Assembly: GCA_039621445.1 (NCBI GenBank)
Contig: CP154954.1
Span: 5,557,919 to 5,621,918 of the forward strand
DNA from: Euglena gracilis
Lineage: Eukaryota
DNA: 64,000 nucleotides
Direction: 5' to 3'
The notes beneath the pieces were generated by a model. The model made no database searches and had not been told where the DNA came from. It saw only the letters and a list, made by a program, of their open reading frames with translations. Positions 11,020-23,400 of this stretch are shown piece by piece (position 1 is the stretch's first letter; each line of letters opens with the position of its first letter). The position numbers and the translations under genes were made by a program.

Positions 11020-14000
11020 GCAAAACAACTCCTCATTGAAGTCCGTGCTGTGTTGCCGGACGGCAAAAAAATGTTCTTACAGGCCCTAATTGACACGGGA
11101 GCACAGGCAAACCTGGTGAAAAAGAACCTGATTCCCCAACAAAACTTCAGACGTTCACAAAAACCGTTGGCCCTGATCACAGCGGACGGAACAAGGATGG
11201 AAGGAGGACTACACGAAGTCACACTGAAACTGCAGTTTTCATCACGGGTGCACAACACGGACAGAACAAGGGAATGGTCCACCATTGGAACGTTCCATGA
11301 CGCTGACATCCAAGTGGATGCCATCCTCGGGTATCCGTGGATGGAACAACACCAACTGGGGGTTTTTCCACACCTACAATCACTGGCCCTCATAGGTGAA
11401 CCACTGCGGCTGCTGTCCAGTTGGCACCAGCTGAAGGAACAAAAACACAGGGAACGGAAAATACACCAACTTCAGAAAAACATTTCGGCAGTGCGGGCAC
11501 TGAATTTGCAGATTCCTGCTGAAGCGGGCCAGGACGAGGAAAAAATGTTTGAAGACGAAACAACACTGGAAACTCTGGCAAAACAACTTCAGAAATCGGC
11601 AAAGAAATCTGACAGGGTTCACGGTGTTGTGGTGGTGCCAGAAGGACAGGAAACACAAGGCGAAAAGGTGGCAGAACTGGTGAAAAAACTGCGGCAGGAC
11701 TATGAAGGAGTGGTTTTGCGAGACAAAATCTTCCCAGACCCCCCAGAACGTGGATCACTGGGTTATGGGAAAATCGAACTGAAACCTGGAACAGTGGCGA
11801 AAAAGCAGAGACCCATCCACATGACAGGAGAACGCCGACAGGCACTCATCGACATGGTGGACGAATGGGTTAGGGACCTGAAAGTGGAAGACGGAAGGAG
11901 TGACTGGTCCAGCCCCACGTTCGTGGTGGCCAAAAAAGGTGGAAAATGGAGAGGGGTGGTGGATTTCAGAGCACTGAACGAGGCAACAATCACAGACGCC
12001 CATCCCCTCCCTAGGATAGAAGACATCCTCGTTCAACAAGGACAACGGGCCCTGTACAGTGTACTGGACCTGAAAGACGCCTTCCACCAGGTGCCACTGA
12101 GAACAGAATCCAGACCCTACACCTGCTGCAGCACACCCAAGGGAACAAAACAGTGGAGAGTGGTGGTCATGGGAATGAAAAACGGTGTACCGATTTTCCA
12201 GAGGGTGATCGAGTACAGCCTGGAGGAGGTACAGGACATTGCAAACCCCTACGTGGACGACATAATCGTAGGAACCGTGTGGCAGAGGTCAGAAGAAAAA
12301 ACCCTATAACAACACGACAAAGACATCAGGAGGGTGATGGAGGCACTGAAAAAACAGCAACACGTGGCAGACATCAAGAAATGCAAATTTTTCGTGAAAG
12401 AGGTGGAATTCTGTGGACACGTGCTCGGTGGTGGACAACGAAAACCAGCACCTGGGAAATTGATGGCCTTGGAAAAATGGGAGGAACCAAAAACGGTCAC
12501 AGCCCTGCGGGCATTCCTGGGATTCACAAATTACTACGCCTCATACATCCCAGGGTATGCGGAATTGGCTGCAGACCTGATGGAAAAACTGAAAGTGAAA
12601 AAGGACAGGGGAAGAAAGGAAGCCTGACACCTGTGTTTTTTGGTGAAAAAGAAAGAACAGCCTTCCAGACCATCAAAGAAAGACTGCTGGGAAGCCTGAA
12701 ACTGCAAACGGGGAACCCAGACAAACCGTTCATACTCAGGGTGGATGTAAGCGGCAGAGCCGTAGGTGCGGCTCTGGAACAATTTGCGGAGGACACTGCG
12801 GACAAACCAGACCCAACAACAGCCATGACCAAAAAAACAGTACCCGTAGCTTTCTGTTCACGAAAACTGGCACCTGGGCAGGTTCGCTCGTGGTCTCCTA
12901 GGGAGAAGGAGACCTACGCAGTGATCCTGGCCCTGCAAAAATGGGCTTCCTGGATAGGAATGCAACCGGTACTGGTGTTGACGGACCACAAGTCCATTGA
13001 GGCATGGGCAACGGAGGCGCTGGACACCCCCAGTGGACCAGCTGGACGTAGGGCTAGGTGGCACGAACTGCTTTCGCGGTTCGACATAACCGTTGCATAC
13101 GTACCTGGCAAAGACAACACGGTCGCCGATGCCTTGAGTAGGTGGGCCTACCCCGCCTCACAGGCATTCGCCGACGTGAGTATCCACGGGAGTGAGGAGG
13201 ACGACCGACTCATGAAAGAAATCATCAAACAGGAGGAAAAGGAACAGAAAACTTGTATGGTGATCAACGTGGCAGACCTGACACAGGCACAAAAACAACT
13301 TCAAGAACCCGTCACTGTGGCCGTCACAACAAGGGGGGGAGCCAAAACGGGTGAAGATTCGCCCACAGTGCCTGGTTCAACGGAAAATGGTGACACCCCT
13401 CAAAAAATTTCAAAACCACCTCAAAAACCTGCAAAAACGACAAAGAAATGGGTTGTGAAGGAAACGACTGTGGTGGAACCAAGCAAAAAACTGGCTGAGG
13501 CAACCCCAAGGGAGACCACGGATGAGGCGGGAAACCTGATCCGACCAGACCAACCAAAAAACAAAACCCCAGAAAATTCAAAAACGGCCGAGGGACCATC
13601 CACTGAGGAAGACCCACCAAGGCGAAGACCCCTGGAAGAGGACCCTGTGGAACCCCTAACAACAACAGACTCAACAAAACAACAGGACGCGCAAGGTGCG
13701 TCATCCTCAACAGGGACACCCGTTGGACCTCCATCAAGGGGAGTGCACGCCCCGGAGCTTCAACAGGGGGAACCGAAAGGGGTGATGGACAGGGAATGGA
13801 AGAACGAGTACGAAAGTTGCCCAAGGTGGGGACCTGTGCTCAAGGACCTGAAGGAAACGGGGTTCAAAAACTGGCCTGACGGGTACCGATTCGACAACGG
13901 CAGGCTCTAAAAAAACGGTCTCCTGTGTGTACCAAGTGGGTTGACTGGAAACGTAATTCGGGAACATCACGAAACAGCCGGGCACCCAGGGTCAGCCCGA

Positions 14001-15263
14001 CTGTGGGACCAGATGGGAAGGTGGTTTGCGTTTGCGGACCACCAGGATGCAAAAAAACTGACAGGCAAAATGATGACCATGTGTGAAACCTGCCAAGCAA
14101 CAGAGCCCAGCCACCTACCATACAAGTGCCCCATCGAACCGACACCGATTCCTGCACACCTGATGGACAGCGTTGCCATCGATTTGTTCTCACTGCCTGA
14201 AACGACTTTTGAAGGGAAAAAATATGACACGTTGGCGTTGTGTGTGGACAGGCTGAGTGGGTGGATGGTTGCAACCCCCCACCTGGCCAAGGGACTCACA
14301 GCAGAAAAGGTTGGAAAGGAAATGTACAAACAGTGGGGAATTTTTGGGATACCCTCGGTGGTGAGCTCCGACCGGGGCTCCCACTTCACAGCCGGTTGGT
14401 GGAAAATACTGTGTGCTGCCCACGGGGTCCGTGTGGCATACGGGCAGGCATACCACCACCAAGCCAACGGACGGGCTGAGGTAGCGGGTCAACAAGTCCT
14501 CCGAAAACTGGCAAAACTGGCTGCTGAAAAAGGGGTACCCTGGTTTGAACTCCTACCGAACGCCTTGAGGGCCCTACACGACGTCCCAGGTGAAACCGGT
14601 TTGTCACCGTACGAAATTGTGTTTGGCAGGCACAGACCGTTGGCGGGATTGCCATACCAACCACAAAGGGAAGCGGAAGGGGCCACAGCGTTCTTGGAAA
14701 GGATGAAAGAACAAGACCAGTGGGTGAGCCTGGTCCTGAACGAAAAACAACGTGAACGGGCTGAAACTGTGAACCGAAAACGCAGAGAACCACCTGCCTT
14801 GGAAATCGGTTCCAAAGTCTGGTATCAACCTGAAAGACAACCTGGCACCGACAAACTCGAACCGAAGTGGAAAGGACCTGCGGTGGTGTTGGAACGGGTA
14901 GGACAACACTCCTACGTGGTTGAACTACGACCGGGAAACCGACAACCTGCCCACCGTTCACAACTCAAACCCCACGTGGAGGACCTCTACAACACAACCC
15001 CTGTCCCTCTCTATTTTTGGTCGGGCAAGGCACAGGAGTTGGAGGTCGGCCCAGACGAGTGGGAGGTTGAAAAAGTGCTGAACCACCGTAGGAAAGACGG
15101 AAAACTTCAATTTTTGATTCAGTGGAAAAACTGGGACCCGTCTGACACTCAGTGGGAACCCCTGAACCACTTCTTCCTCGGAACGAACAAAGATGTGGTC
15201 CAATATTGCAAGGAACAGGATTTGGCTGTGGATGTGAGAGAGTTGCTTGATGGGATGGAGTGA
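11020..15263 (+). pseudogene. pol: Family A pol core: aspartic protease, RT, RNase H, integrase, chromodomain
   Basis: LIDTGAQAN; LDLKDAFHQ; YVDD; VLTDHKS, NTVADALSR; HHETAGH...CETC; IDLF, SDRG, NGRAE; WEVEKVLNHR...IQWKNW...QWEP. Broken by TAA at 12307-12309, a frameshift near 12610 and TAA at 13908-13910. Confidence 0.95.
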
Positions 15264-16407
15264 CACGTGTCACATACCCCTGCGCTCTCTCGCACACACC
15301 GCCACGTCGCCAAACAACGACCTGGAAGCCAACCCCAGCTCTACCACCAATATTAACCTCTGTCGACTTGAACCTGTACACCACTGACAAAACCTGCCTG
15401 ACTCAAAACGACAAAACAGGCATTGGCAGCCCCCTGGCCAGCCCACCTGAACCCGAACCGCTGGCCAGCCCAACTCGAACCAGCCCAACGGACCTGAACA
15501 AGACCCGACCCGACCCGAATTCACTGACCTCAAGTGCCTCTCTTCTGCCAATCGATCCATTCTTCAATTCATCATCGTTGTTGTTGTTGGTTGGGACCCC
15601 CCCGGGGAGAACGAACCTTCACCCCTGGACCTGGCCAGCCTACTTGTAAAAACAAAACACAGCCCCCAACCCCAACCGTAGCAGCCAGCCAAACTGGGCA
15701 AACGGTGGAAGGGAAACCTGACTTTGTCCAAAAAATCCCGGACCTGGCCGGCCCCGGGCCACCGGCCGGGGGGGGGGGGGGGAGGCGAGGACCATCCACA
15801 GCACCTGACCTCGCACAAACCAGCCTACCCCCCAGAAAAAAAATACAAAAATACAAAAAAAACGTTGTCCTTGACCCAGCCTGATTTTTAACCGAAACCC
15901 AGCCTTCACCTGATTTTTATTAAAATTCGTCCCCGGCCAAAGCCTGACCGCTTGGCCTGGGGGGGGGGGGGCTGGAAGGCCCCAGCTGGACCCACCCAAC
16001 ACCGAACGGAGACCAACCCCAGACAGCGAATTGGCTAACCGAACAGAAAACGGCTGTCTAGGACCCTGACCGTGACAAAACAACTCACCTGACCTGGGAA
16101 TAAGAAGTTCCTGAAAATTTTAACCGTGGCTGGCGCTTGGTTCACAACGGCGCCTGCCCCCCCCCCAACGACAAACAGCCCTAGGCGGGCTGGGGGGGGG
16201 ACAACACACCAGACCCCGCACAGACCCAACTGTCAAAGGAGAACATTTGACTCAGCCCCCCGGCCCTAAAACGAACCTGAACGGCACAGCCCCCTGAGGG
16301 GGGGGGGACCCTGAACCACAACGGTCCCCTCGCTGGCCCCTCCTCACAACGAGTGCACTCCACACCCCTTCCTGTTGGAGTCGTGAAGAGTTGTAAACAA
16401 CTCCTTC

Positions 16408-16418
16408 GGGAAGGGGAG
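16408..16418 (+). promoter_or_regulatory. Polypurine tract of family A (GGGAAGGGGAG)
   Basis: Purine run directly followed by TGTGAG. Confidence 0.8.
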
Positions 16419-16897
16419 TGTGAGTCAGGGGTGCTGAGTGCCCAAAACAACATAACCTAACCCAACCCAACCTGATGACTCTGCAGTTAGGATTAGGAAA
16501 ATCTTATTAGGAATTATCAATTAGCTGACCCCATTTGTCTGCACAGGGCTCTGTCTTGTTTTTGTCTGTTTCAAGTTCAAGAATCGAATTATCTTGGTTA
16601 TCAATTATCATTCTTACCTGGACAGTACGTGGTTCATTACATTGGTGCTGGTTTTGGAATTGCTGAATTGCTTGTATTGTGCTGTTGGTCTTGTGGATTT
16701 TTTATCAAAGAAAAGGTGTGAGCCACCCAACTCACCTGTTTTCACCAAAAAGACCCACCAAAACAAAAGAAAATGCAATTTTTAAAACAAGCCGCGAGGG
16801 GAATTGAAAACACCCTGGGCAGGGTAAAAGATCCTACGCAACGGGGTGCCGGCCCCGAGGGACTTGAAACTCCAGGGCGGGCACCACGGTTACAACA
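16419..16897 (+). repeat. 3' LTR of family A (right end approximate, 16894 or 16897)
   Basis: Starts TG after the PPT, contains the GATCCTAC box, and ends at TACA/ACA where family-D gag sequence begins. No second copy to confirm it. Confidence 0.65.
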
Positions 16898-18930
16898 CCA
16901 TTAATGCTTTTACAGCGAATCTGCAAAGGTCATGTCACCTTGGTTGGTGTGGCGGTGGGTGCAACCGGTGCAGGGTTATCCGACAACACGGTGGTGGTAC
17001 CCACGGGCAAACTTCCGGGTTGTGGCTTATCCAAAAACGCGGAAATTCGCTCATCCAACCTGGTAATCTCACCTTGCGTGGATCGGGCATTCCGATTCAC
17101 CGATTCCTCAAGCCGTAATAGGCTGTTGCAGAAACCTTGCAAGGTTTCCTGCTGGCCGGTGAGCACTTGTCATAAAATGCCTTGAAATCAGGGTTCTCGG
17201 TAATCCGGGAACTGGAAACTGCAGGTAGAGACTGCATTTCCGTTGTTTTAGCAGACACCGATGCATACCGGGTCTGGAGTTCCCCAATAGCAGTTTGAAT
17301 ACCGCTAATGTCCAGAACTCGGTGGGAAAGTGCGGAATAGCTTTGTTGCAAACCCGCAATGGCCGAGTTAATCCCGCCAATGTTGGATTGCAACTGCAAC
17401 TGCAGGGAATCCTGCCGTTGTGCTACTTCCGCGACTTTCGCGCTCAGATTGGATAATCCAACCCGATTTGCGTCACAATAGCAGGTTTTCTGCTCCAAAC
17501 GGGAAAGTCGCTCCTCCAACTGCCGCACATACGTGTGGGGAGCAAAATTCTCGTTGGCTTGTGACTGGAATTGCCGAAACCTTTCCGTTTCATCGCACAA
17601 CTGCATAATGCGGTGTTGCGATTCATGGAAAGTTGCGGACAATGTGGTGAAATGGTCCATAGACACAAATCCACCACTGTTTGTTGTTGCAGACGAGGAA
17701 TCTCGTGCATGCAACTGCTGTTGCAAATGCAACAAAGCGGATGAACAGGACTCCATTTGTCCCGATAATTTCTGGAGTGAGTCATGCAAGTGCAGAAACT
17801 TGGAGTCATTCCGCGTTTCCACTTCAGGCATGCATTCACTAATTAGCCGGAAGTTTTGCGGGAGTTGTTGGCACATTTTGTCAAAGGTTTCCCGAAAGTT
17901 TGCAAGGTCAATACCAGCAAGTTCGAAATTCATCTGGCAATATTTGCCACTTGCAAGTAATTACAGCAGTATTCCAGCTGGGCGAAGACATGTTTTTGGT
18001 TGTCCCCATCAAACTGAAGCACCTTTGTTGAACGCGGTTGCACAATCTGCAACGCATTGTTGCACATGGTTGAACTGCCTCACAAGTGGGTGATCCCCTG
18101 GAAGCCGAGCAACGATATCCTGCACATCCTCAGCAGTGGAGCTCCCCAGTGCCCTTCCCATAGCCATCCATGGGTTGGGACGTACCAGAGATTTCTGGTA
18201 CCACTAGGCGAGTCTCCGGTTGCCAAGGTAGTGCGGGATAGCACCCAAGATCGGGTGGTGGCTGCAAAGCTCTGTAAGGGCTTGCTGGTGGAAGAACGGG
18301 TGGTGGCTGAAAGAAACACGGGGTTTCTAGCCCACCATCACCAGAGAAGCCCGGTGGCGGAATTACGGCGGGTCTCTCCGGTGTGCGCAGCTGCACCATT
18401 GCCGCAGACAGAGGCGAATACCCCCGTTGTGGCAAGGTGAGTGCGGAAGAGGCCGCATTAGCCTCTGAAGCCAGTGACGTGGAGGGCTCATCGCCGACCA
18501 CTGTCAATGATGACAAATGTTGCAATCTTGACAATTGAACCAGTTGTGCCTTATCGGCGTGGGAACTGGAAGCACTTTCACATAAAAGCTTCCAATCCCC
18601 AGTATCTTGGTCAATGTCTTGCAATGATGCCTGTAATAAGGCATAGTTGAATTGATGGTTGGGGCCTGTGCTTTTCATCTTTCTGATGACAAAAACAGCA
18701 AAAATCCACAAAACTAAGCAGTTGTGCTGGCACCAGAGGGGCTGTAACGGGTAATACCGTACAGAGCCTTCCGGAGCCTGCTCGTCTGCTTAGACGTTGA
18801 CTAGAAGCCGGGAGCTGACGCTGCGACCGTGTAATAACGGTCCAGGGGCCCTCCGCTGCCAGTCAGCGTAGGATCGAAAAAAATGATACCAAGAGTAATA
18901 CCTGGTAGCCTTTCTTTCTGTGAAGTATGT

Positions 18931-18956
18931 GTAGGATCGTAACCAATCTGCTACCA
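18931..18956 (-). promoter_or_regulatory. Primer-binding site for initiator tRNA-Met (extended)
   Basis: The minus strand reads TGGTAGCAGATTGGTTACGATCCTAC, 2 nt after the LTR end. TGGTAGCAGA is the complement of the tRNA-iMet 3' end (UCUGCUACCA). Confidence 0.85.
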
Positions 18957-18958
18957 GG

Positions 18959-19277
18959 TGTACGTCTGATTCCCAATTCCTCTTTCCCAATTCCCAAAAA
19001 GCCTCCGCTTTCGCCTTGGCGCACCTACTTGGGAACTGAAAATCATAGTAACAGAAAAACCCTTTTCCCACTTCCCAAGAAGCAAATCACAGAGCAATGC
19101 AGGGAGGACGGACTGGATATCCAAGTCCGGTCCGGAGAAAAGGAAGGAACAAGAATATAAAAGAATAGAATACCACCTGTGGAGAGGGAAGGGGCACCCA
19201 TTAGGAAATCCTAATAGGATCTGATTCCATCCTAACTTCCTCAACGGAAGAGGACAGAAGCATACGCCTGGTACACA
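18959..19277 (-). repeat. Family-D 5' LTR (319 bp)
   Basis: TG...CA termini; diverged direct repeat of 29616-29929. Confidence 0.88.
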
Positions 19278-20110
19278 GTATCACGCATTGTACCCAGGCC
19301 ATGTACCTTTTGGTTATCTATTAAATCCGTACCGGTTGTACCATTACCAAGTACATAGGTACCACTACCAAGTGTAGGGGGGCAAACATTCCCGGTTGCG
19401 GGATCAAATCAAATTAGTTTGGAAGATTCAACTAGACATCCACAATCAAAATCATGGTAAGCGGAGATTCTCCGACAGTGAGCGCATTGGTAGGAGGGTT
19501 GGTGCATGTGGTGCGCGTTTGTGTGGGTGTCAGTGCATAAGTTGGTGTCGGTTGGGGGAGCTGCTGGGGGGTGTACAGGGGTATCTGTGGTCGACACACC
19601 TGGTGGAAAACGAAAAAGTTGTGCAGCTGGGCGGCTACTCGACACCGCAATTACTTCAGACCTTTGGGCTTTCGGCTGGGAACCCAGCGAAACGTGCGGG
19701 GTTAAGCTACTGGTTTTCTCTACCGCATGGTAAACGAGCGGTAAAAGTGCGGTGGGTAGTGGTGCAGATATGTCTTTACCCCTAGGGTAGGAAACGCTGT
19801 TTTCGGTTGTGGAAAACGTTGTGGAAATGCGGGGGGACGTCCTGGGTGACGTCATTGGGAACAAGGTTGGGGGTGTGGTGTGTGTGCGCGGGGTAGTACG
19901 CAAACCACCAATCGGTGTTGCCGTAGGAATGGAAAACCCAAAATGACATCTGACCCGGCGATATTCGCCTCGAATGCCAAAGTACCCAAAGTACCCAGAA
20001 AAATCTGGAATTGTGTGGGGGGGGGGGTGCTTCGGGATAATGGGGAGTACTATGTCCAAAATGCATCCCAAGTCACCACCGCACATGGGACCGTTGTCAG
20101 CGGTCAAGAT

Positions 20111-20428
20111 TCAACACCCTGTGTCGACTAAAATTTTAGCTTGTGCACGAAAATTTTGAGTTTTAATTTTCGCTTGGACCAAAAGTTCAATGGGAGGAAC
20201 GCAAAGCGAAGCGTCGGGTGTAAAGTTGTTGTCGCGCCAACTGTTCCATGACCCTTTGCTTACTTTGCTCAAAATTCCAAGCAAAAATTTGGCGCAGGGA
20301 GTTGGGGACCCGAAACTTTTCCGGGTACCGACCAAAAAGACCGATGGGCAGGGGGGGCAGGGGTGATCAGTTCCTACCTCCATCTGTTCATCAGCCCAGA
20401 GGTCTGTGCCCTCAGACCTCGGGCTCCC
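20111..20428 (-). pseudogene. pol: N-terminus of family-D pol with the aspartic protease active site
   Basis: LLVQAKIK...AKILVDTGC followed by a stop; in frame with gag across the TAG at 20429-20431. Confidence 0.8.
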
Positions 20429-23400
20429 CTACTCCATATCGGAGTCGGTCTTTTGGCCTATGGTGGACTTCCTAGAGTAAATTGCGCGTATCGCGCGAAT
20501 GGCATTCCTGTCTTCCATCAGCTCATCTTCGGTGCTCTCATCCCCCACCCTGCCAGAAGCCAGGTCTTTTTCCTCGATAGATGATATTTTGAAACCAACC
20601 CGCTGCCTATTGGCAGAACCGCGATTGGAATCGCGACGACCATGCCTAGGGCGGAGAGAACGGGAACGGGGGCACTTGGATGAATGGTGGTCTTTATACC
20701 CACAAAGGGAACAACAGTCTCGCGATTGTGATTGCATTTTGGCATCATAGCGACGTGGGGAGCGGGTATCCGCTCCACCGCGATCGGACCGTGAAAAGGA
20801 TGATCCACTTCGCGACCGAGATCGCGAAGAATCGCGATTCGCATCCCGATTGCGGGTGGGCCGGGAGGACCGACCACGCGGTATGAAACCACGTCCGCTA
20901 TTGCGGCGGCGTGAACGGAAACGCGGTCGACCATCACCCGATCGGTATCCCGACCGCTGCGAATGCGCAGATCGTGAAGAACGTGAACTCCAGGAAGAGA
21001 GGGATCCTCGGGGGCTCTTACTGCGCTTTCGCGCTTGGGGATTCGGACACTCCCGAGACATATGTCCCGGTTGATAAAACAAAAAGCACACTTTGTCCGA
21101 AACTTGATCAGAAAGTGCGCGAATAGCACGATTTGGATTCCCGTGTGGGGGATTTGGTGTTTGAGCGCGGATAGCCCGCTTTGGAATCACTCGATGGTGA
21201 TTTTGGTGATTTTGGGGAGGTAGTCCTTTGGACTGCATGGACTCAACCGGTGGGTACACCAGCGGTAGGGTGGTGGTGATATAACGATTCAATCTGTCCC
21301 AGAAGTTGTGATAACTTCATTTGTTTGGAAACATAGTTCCATCCCTCATCGAGAGTCAAAATGTGTCCCGCGAGTTCCTCGCGGTTGATTTCCTTGATGA
21401 GTTTGGGGATTAACGCAGTAATACCGCATCAATTTGCTCCTTGATTTGCTTTTACCCTCACTCATTAACTTGGGCTGTCAATGCAAGCCATTTGGCGTAC
21501 CATAAGTCTATCGAATTCCAATTGCGGTCCGGGTGGGGGGGGGGGGGGGAAATCGCCATTTGTTTTCCAGACTGATTCTGGAAACCAAACTGGAGCATGA
21601 ACAAGCATATTGCTCAACCAATTCCTCAAAAGAAATGCGCCTGCAAATGACTAATTGTCTGGCGCGTTCTTTTTCTTCCCTTGGGAGGTAAACAAAAAAT
21701 TCCATCTTGATTACCTCTGGGTTGTCATCTTGGGTGGGTCCCTTCAAATCCCAATAATATTCCCAGTCGCAGAAAAATTGTTTCCACGTGGTGGGGTCAC
21801 CGTCCCATTGGGGCTTCACCTTGTTCGCTATCGCGATGGTGCCTTTGAAATCTTTCTGAGAAACCCGTGGCCCTTCGGTGGTATTCCAGGTGTGGGCCCG
21901 GGCGCGAAATTGCACCATGTGCAGGTACACCGGTGGTTGCACCAAGGGTATTGTTCGGGTTATTTTGTGAATGCGCATGGAACATACCACTTAGTGTACC
22001 ATATGTACCATGCAAATTTTCGGAATCGCAATTGCGCGAATGGTGATGCGGTTGCGCATGTGGAGGTGAGGTATCACATGGTTGCACCATTGGTGCCACT
22101 AAGCGAATTTGGGTGGTATGACCAATACCCGGTGTGGAGGTGCGGATCACACCACGAATTAGTTCGTCTAAATCTCTTGATTTAAGAGGGGGGTGGGTCT
22201 GGTTTTCGCTTGAAAACCCGACTCATCACCCGAAAACTCGTCCATTTGGACTGGTAATGCTAGTGGGGGAACCACCGCATGAGCGGAAACGCGATTTGGT
22301 GGCAATGTGCCTGTGGACTCGGGGATTGGTGCGCGAATAGCGCTTTTGCGCTGGAAGATGCGGCAAGTGTGCCAACTTTACCCGGTTGCGGGTTTTGGTG
22401 GATGGAACGCATTTGTGCGTGAATTTGGTCCAAATTTGTTGCAAACTCACTCACACTTTGCTCCAAATGGTCAAAAACCTGCCAACTGTCAGTTTTCCGA
22501 CCCACATCCTCCTGCAAAGGCTTAATCCGCCTACGGTATGAGGGTAGCTCATCGAAAAGCGGGATTTTGTCAGAAATCGACTGAAAATCGTGCGAATTTG
22601 CACCAAAACCAGCGTATAATTCCTGTACTCTTGTTGCCCAAGGTGCGCATCGCACTGCAAATGTTCTCCAACTGTGGAGATGGCTTGGTGGGTTGGTACG
22701 AATGCGGATCTTTGACTGTTTCAGCCATTGGCTGTTTCTGCAACACTGAAACTTGCGCGGATAGCGCGATAAGGTCATTTTGAAGTTTTGTGACATCCTG
22801 CTTTACCGTTTTCTCGGTGTTCACGAGACTGTCACAAAATCCTTGCATGATTTGGTCATTTTCCGTGCACATTTCAGCGCGAATCTGGTCCAAGTGTGTG
22901 TTTAGGAGTGTGGGGGTAGGTGTTGGTAACGGCAATCTGCCTTGGGTTGGTGGTTGCACCTGAATCATTTTTGAGCTCATTTCTTGCATGCGTTTGTGCA
23001 AATCCGCTATCGCGGTTTGAATGCCGGTAACATCCGGTATCCTACCAGCTACTTCCGCATAGCGGGTATGCAGCTTGGCCAACGAGGCTTCAATGTTACC
23101 AACATCCTGTTGTGACTGTTTGTGCAAATCGGACATGGTGGCCTTGAGTCCGCTAATATTCGGTGTTGGTGCTCGGGTTGCCGCGTTGCGGTTCTGCGAT
23201 TGCGGTTCGTAATTCCATTGTGTCATTCTGCCACTGTTGTTGCAAATTCTGAATCCTACTCGCGATATTCGCGATTTGGGTGTGAAAACGTGTGTTTTCA
23301 GCGGGAATCTCACCACAATGGCAACATTTTTTCTCCAATCGAGAACGTATTTCCTCCAATTGTTGCACATACGTGCGGGGGGCAAAACTTTCATTGGCTT

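Larger units (their letters stand above)
9658..16897 (+). mobile_element. Family A Ty3/Gypsy chromovirus-type element, 5'-truncated (no gag or 5' LTR)
   Basis: Domain order Dam-like MTase, C5-MTase, PR, RT, RH, IN, chromodomain, then 3'UTR, PPT and LTR. Confidence 0.92.
16898..19277 (-). mobile_element. 5' fragment of a family-D element (5' LTR, PBS, leader, N-terminal gag)
   Basis: LTR 18959-19277 is similar to 29616-29929 and is followed by a tRNA-iMet PBS. Coiled-coil gag pieces 18130-18711, 17097-17933 and 16930-17166 are homologous to 22570-24172. Confidence 0.85.

Noticed and set aside
18724-18750. Possible second PBS (minus strand TGGTGCCAGC) next to a TGTAAC LTR-like end
   Set aside because: The spacer is 7 nt and there is no matching LTR. 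A better tRNA-iMet PBS with a verified LTR lies at 18947-18956, so this is probably leader sequence.
20429-21292. RS-rich zinc-knuckle ORF resembling a host SR splicing factor
   Set aside because: It sits between a capsid-like block and the protease, so it is the nucleocapsid part of gag. No RRM is present.
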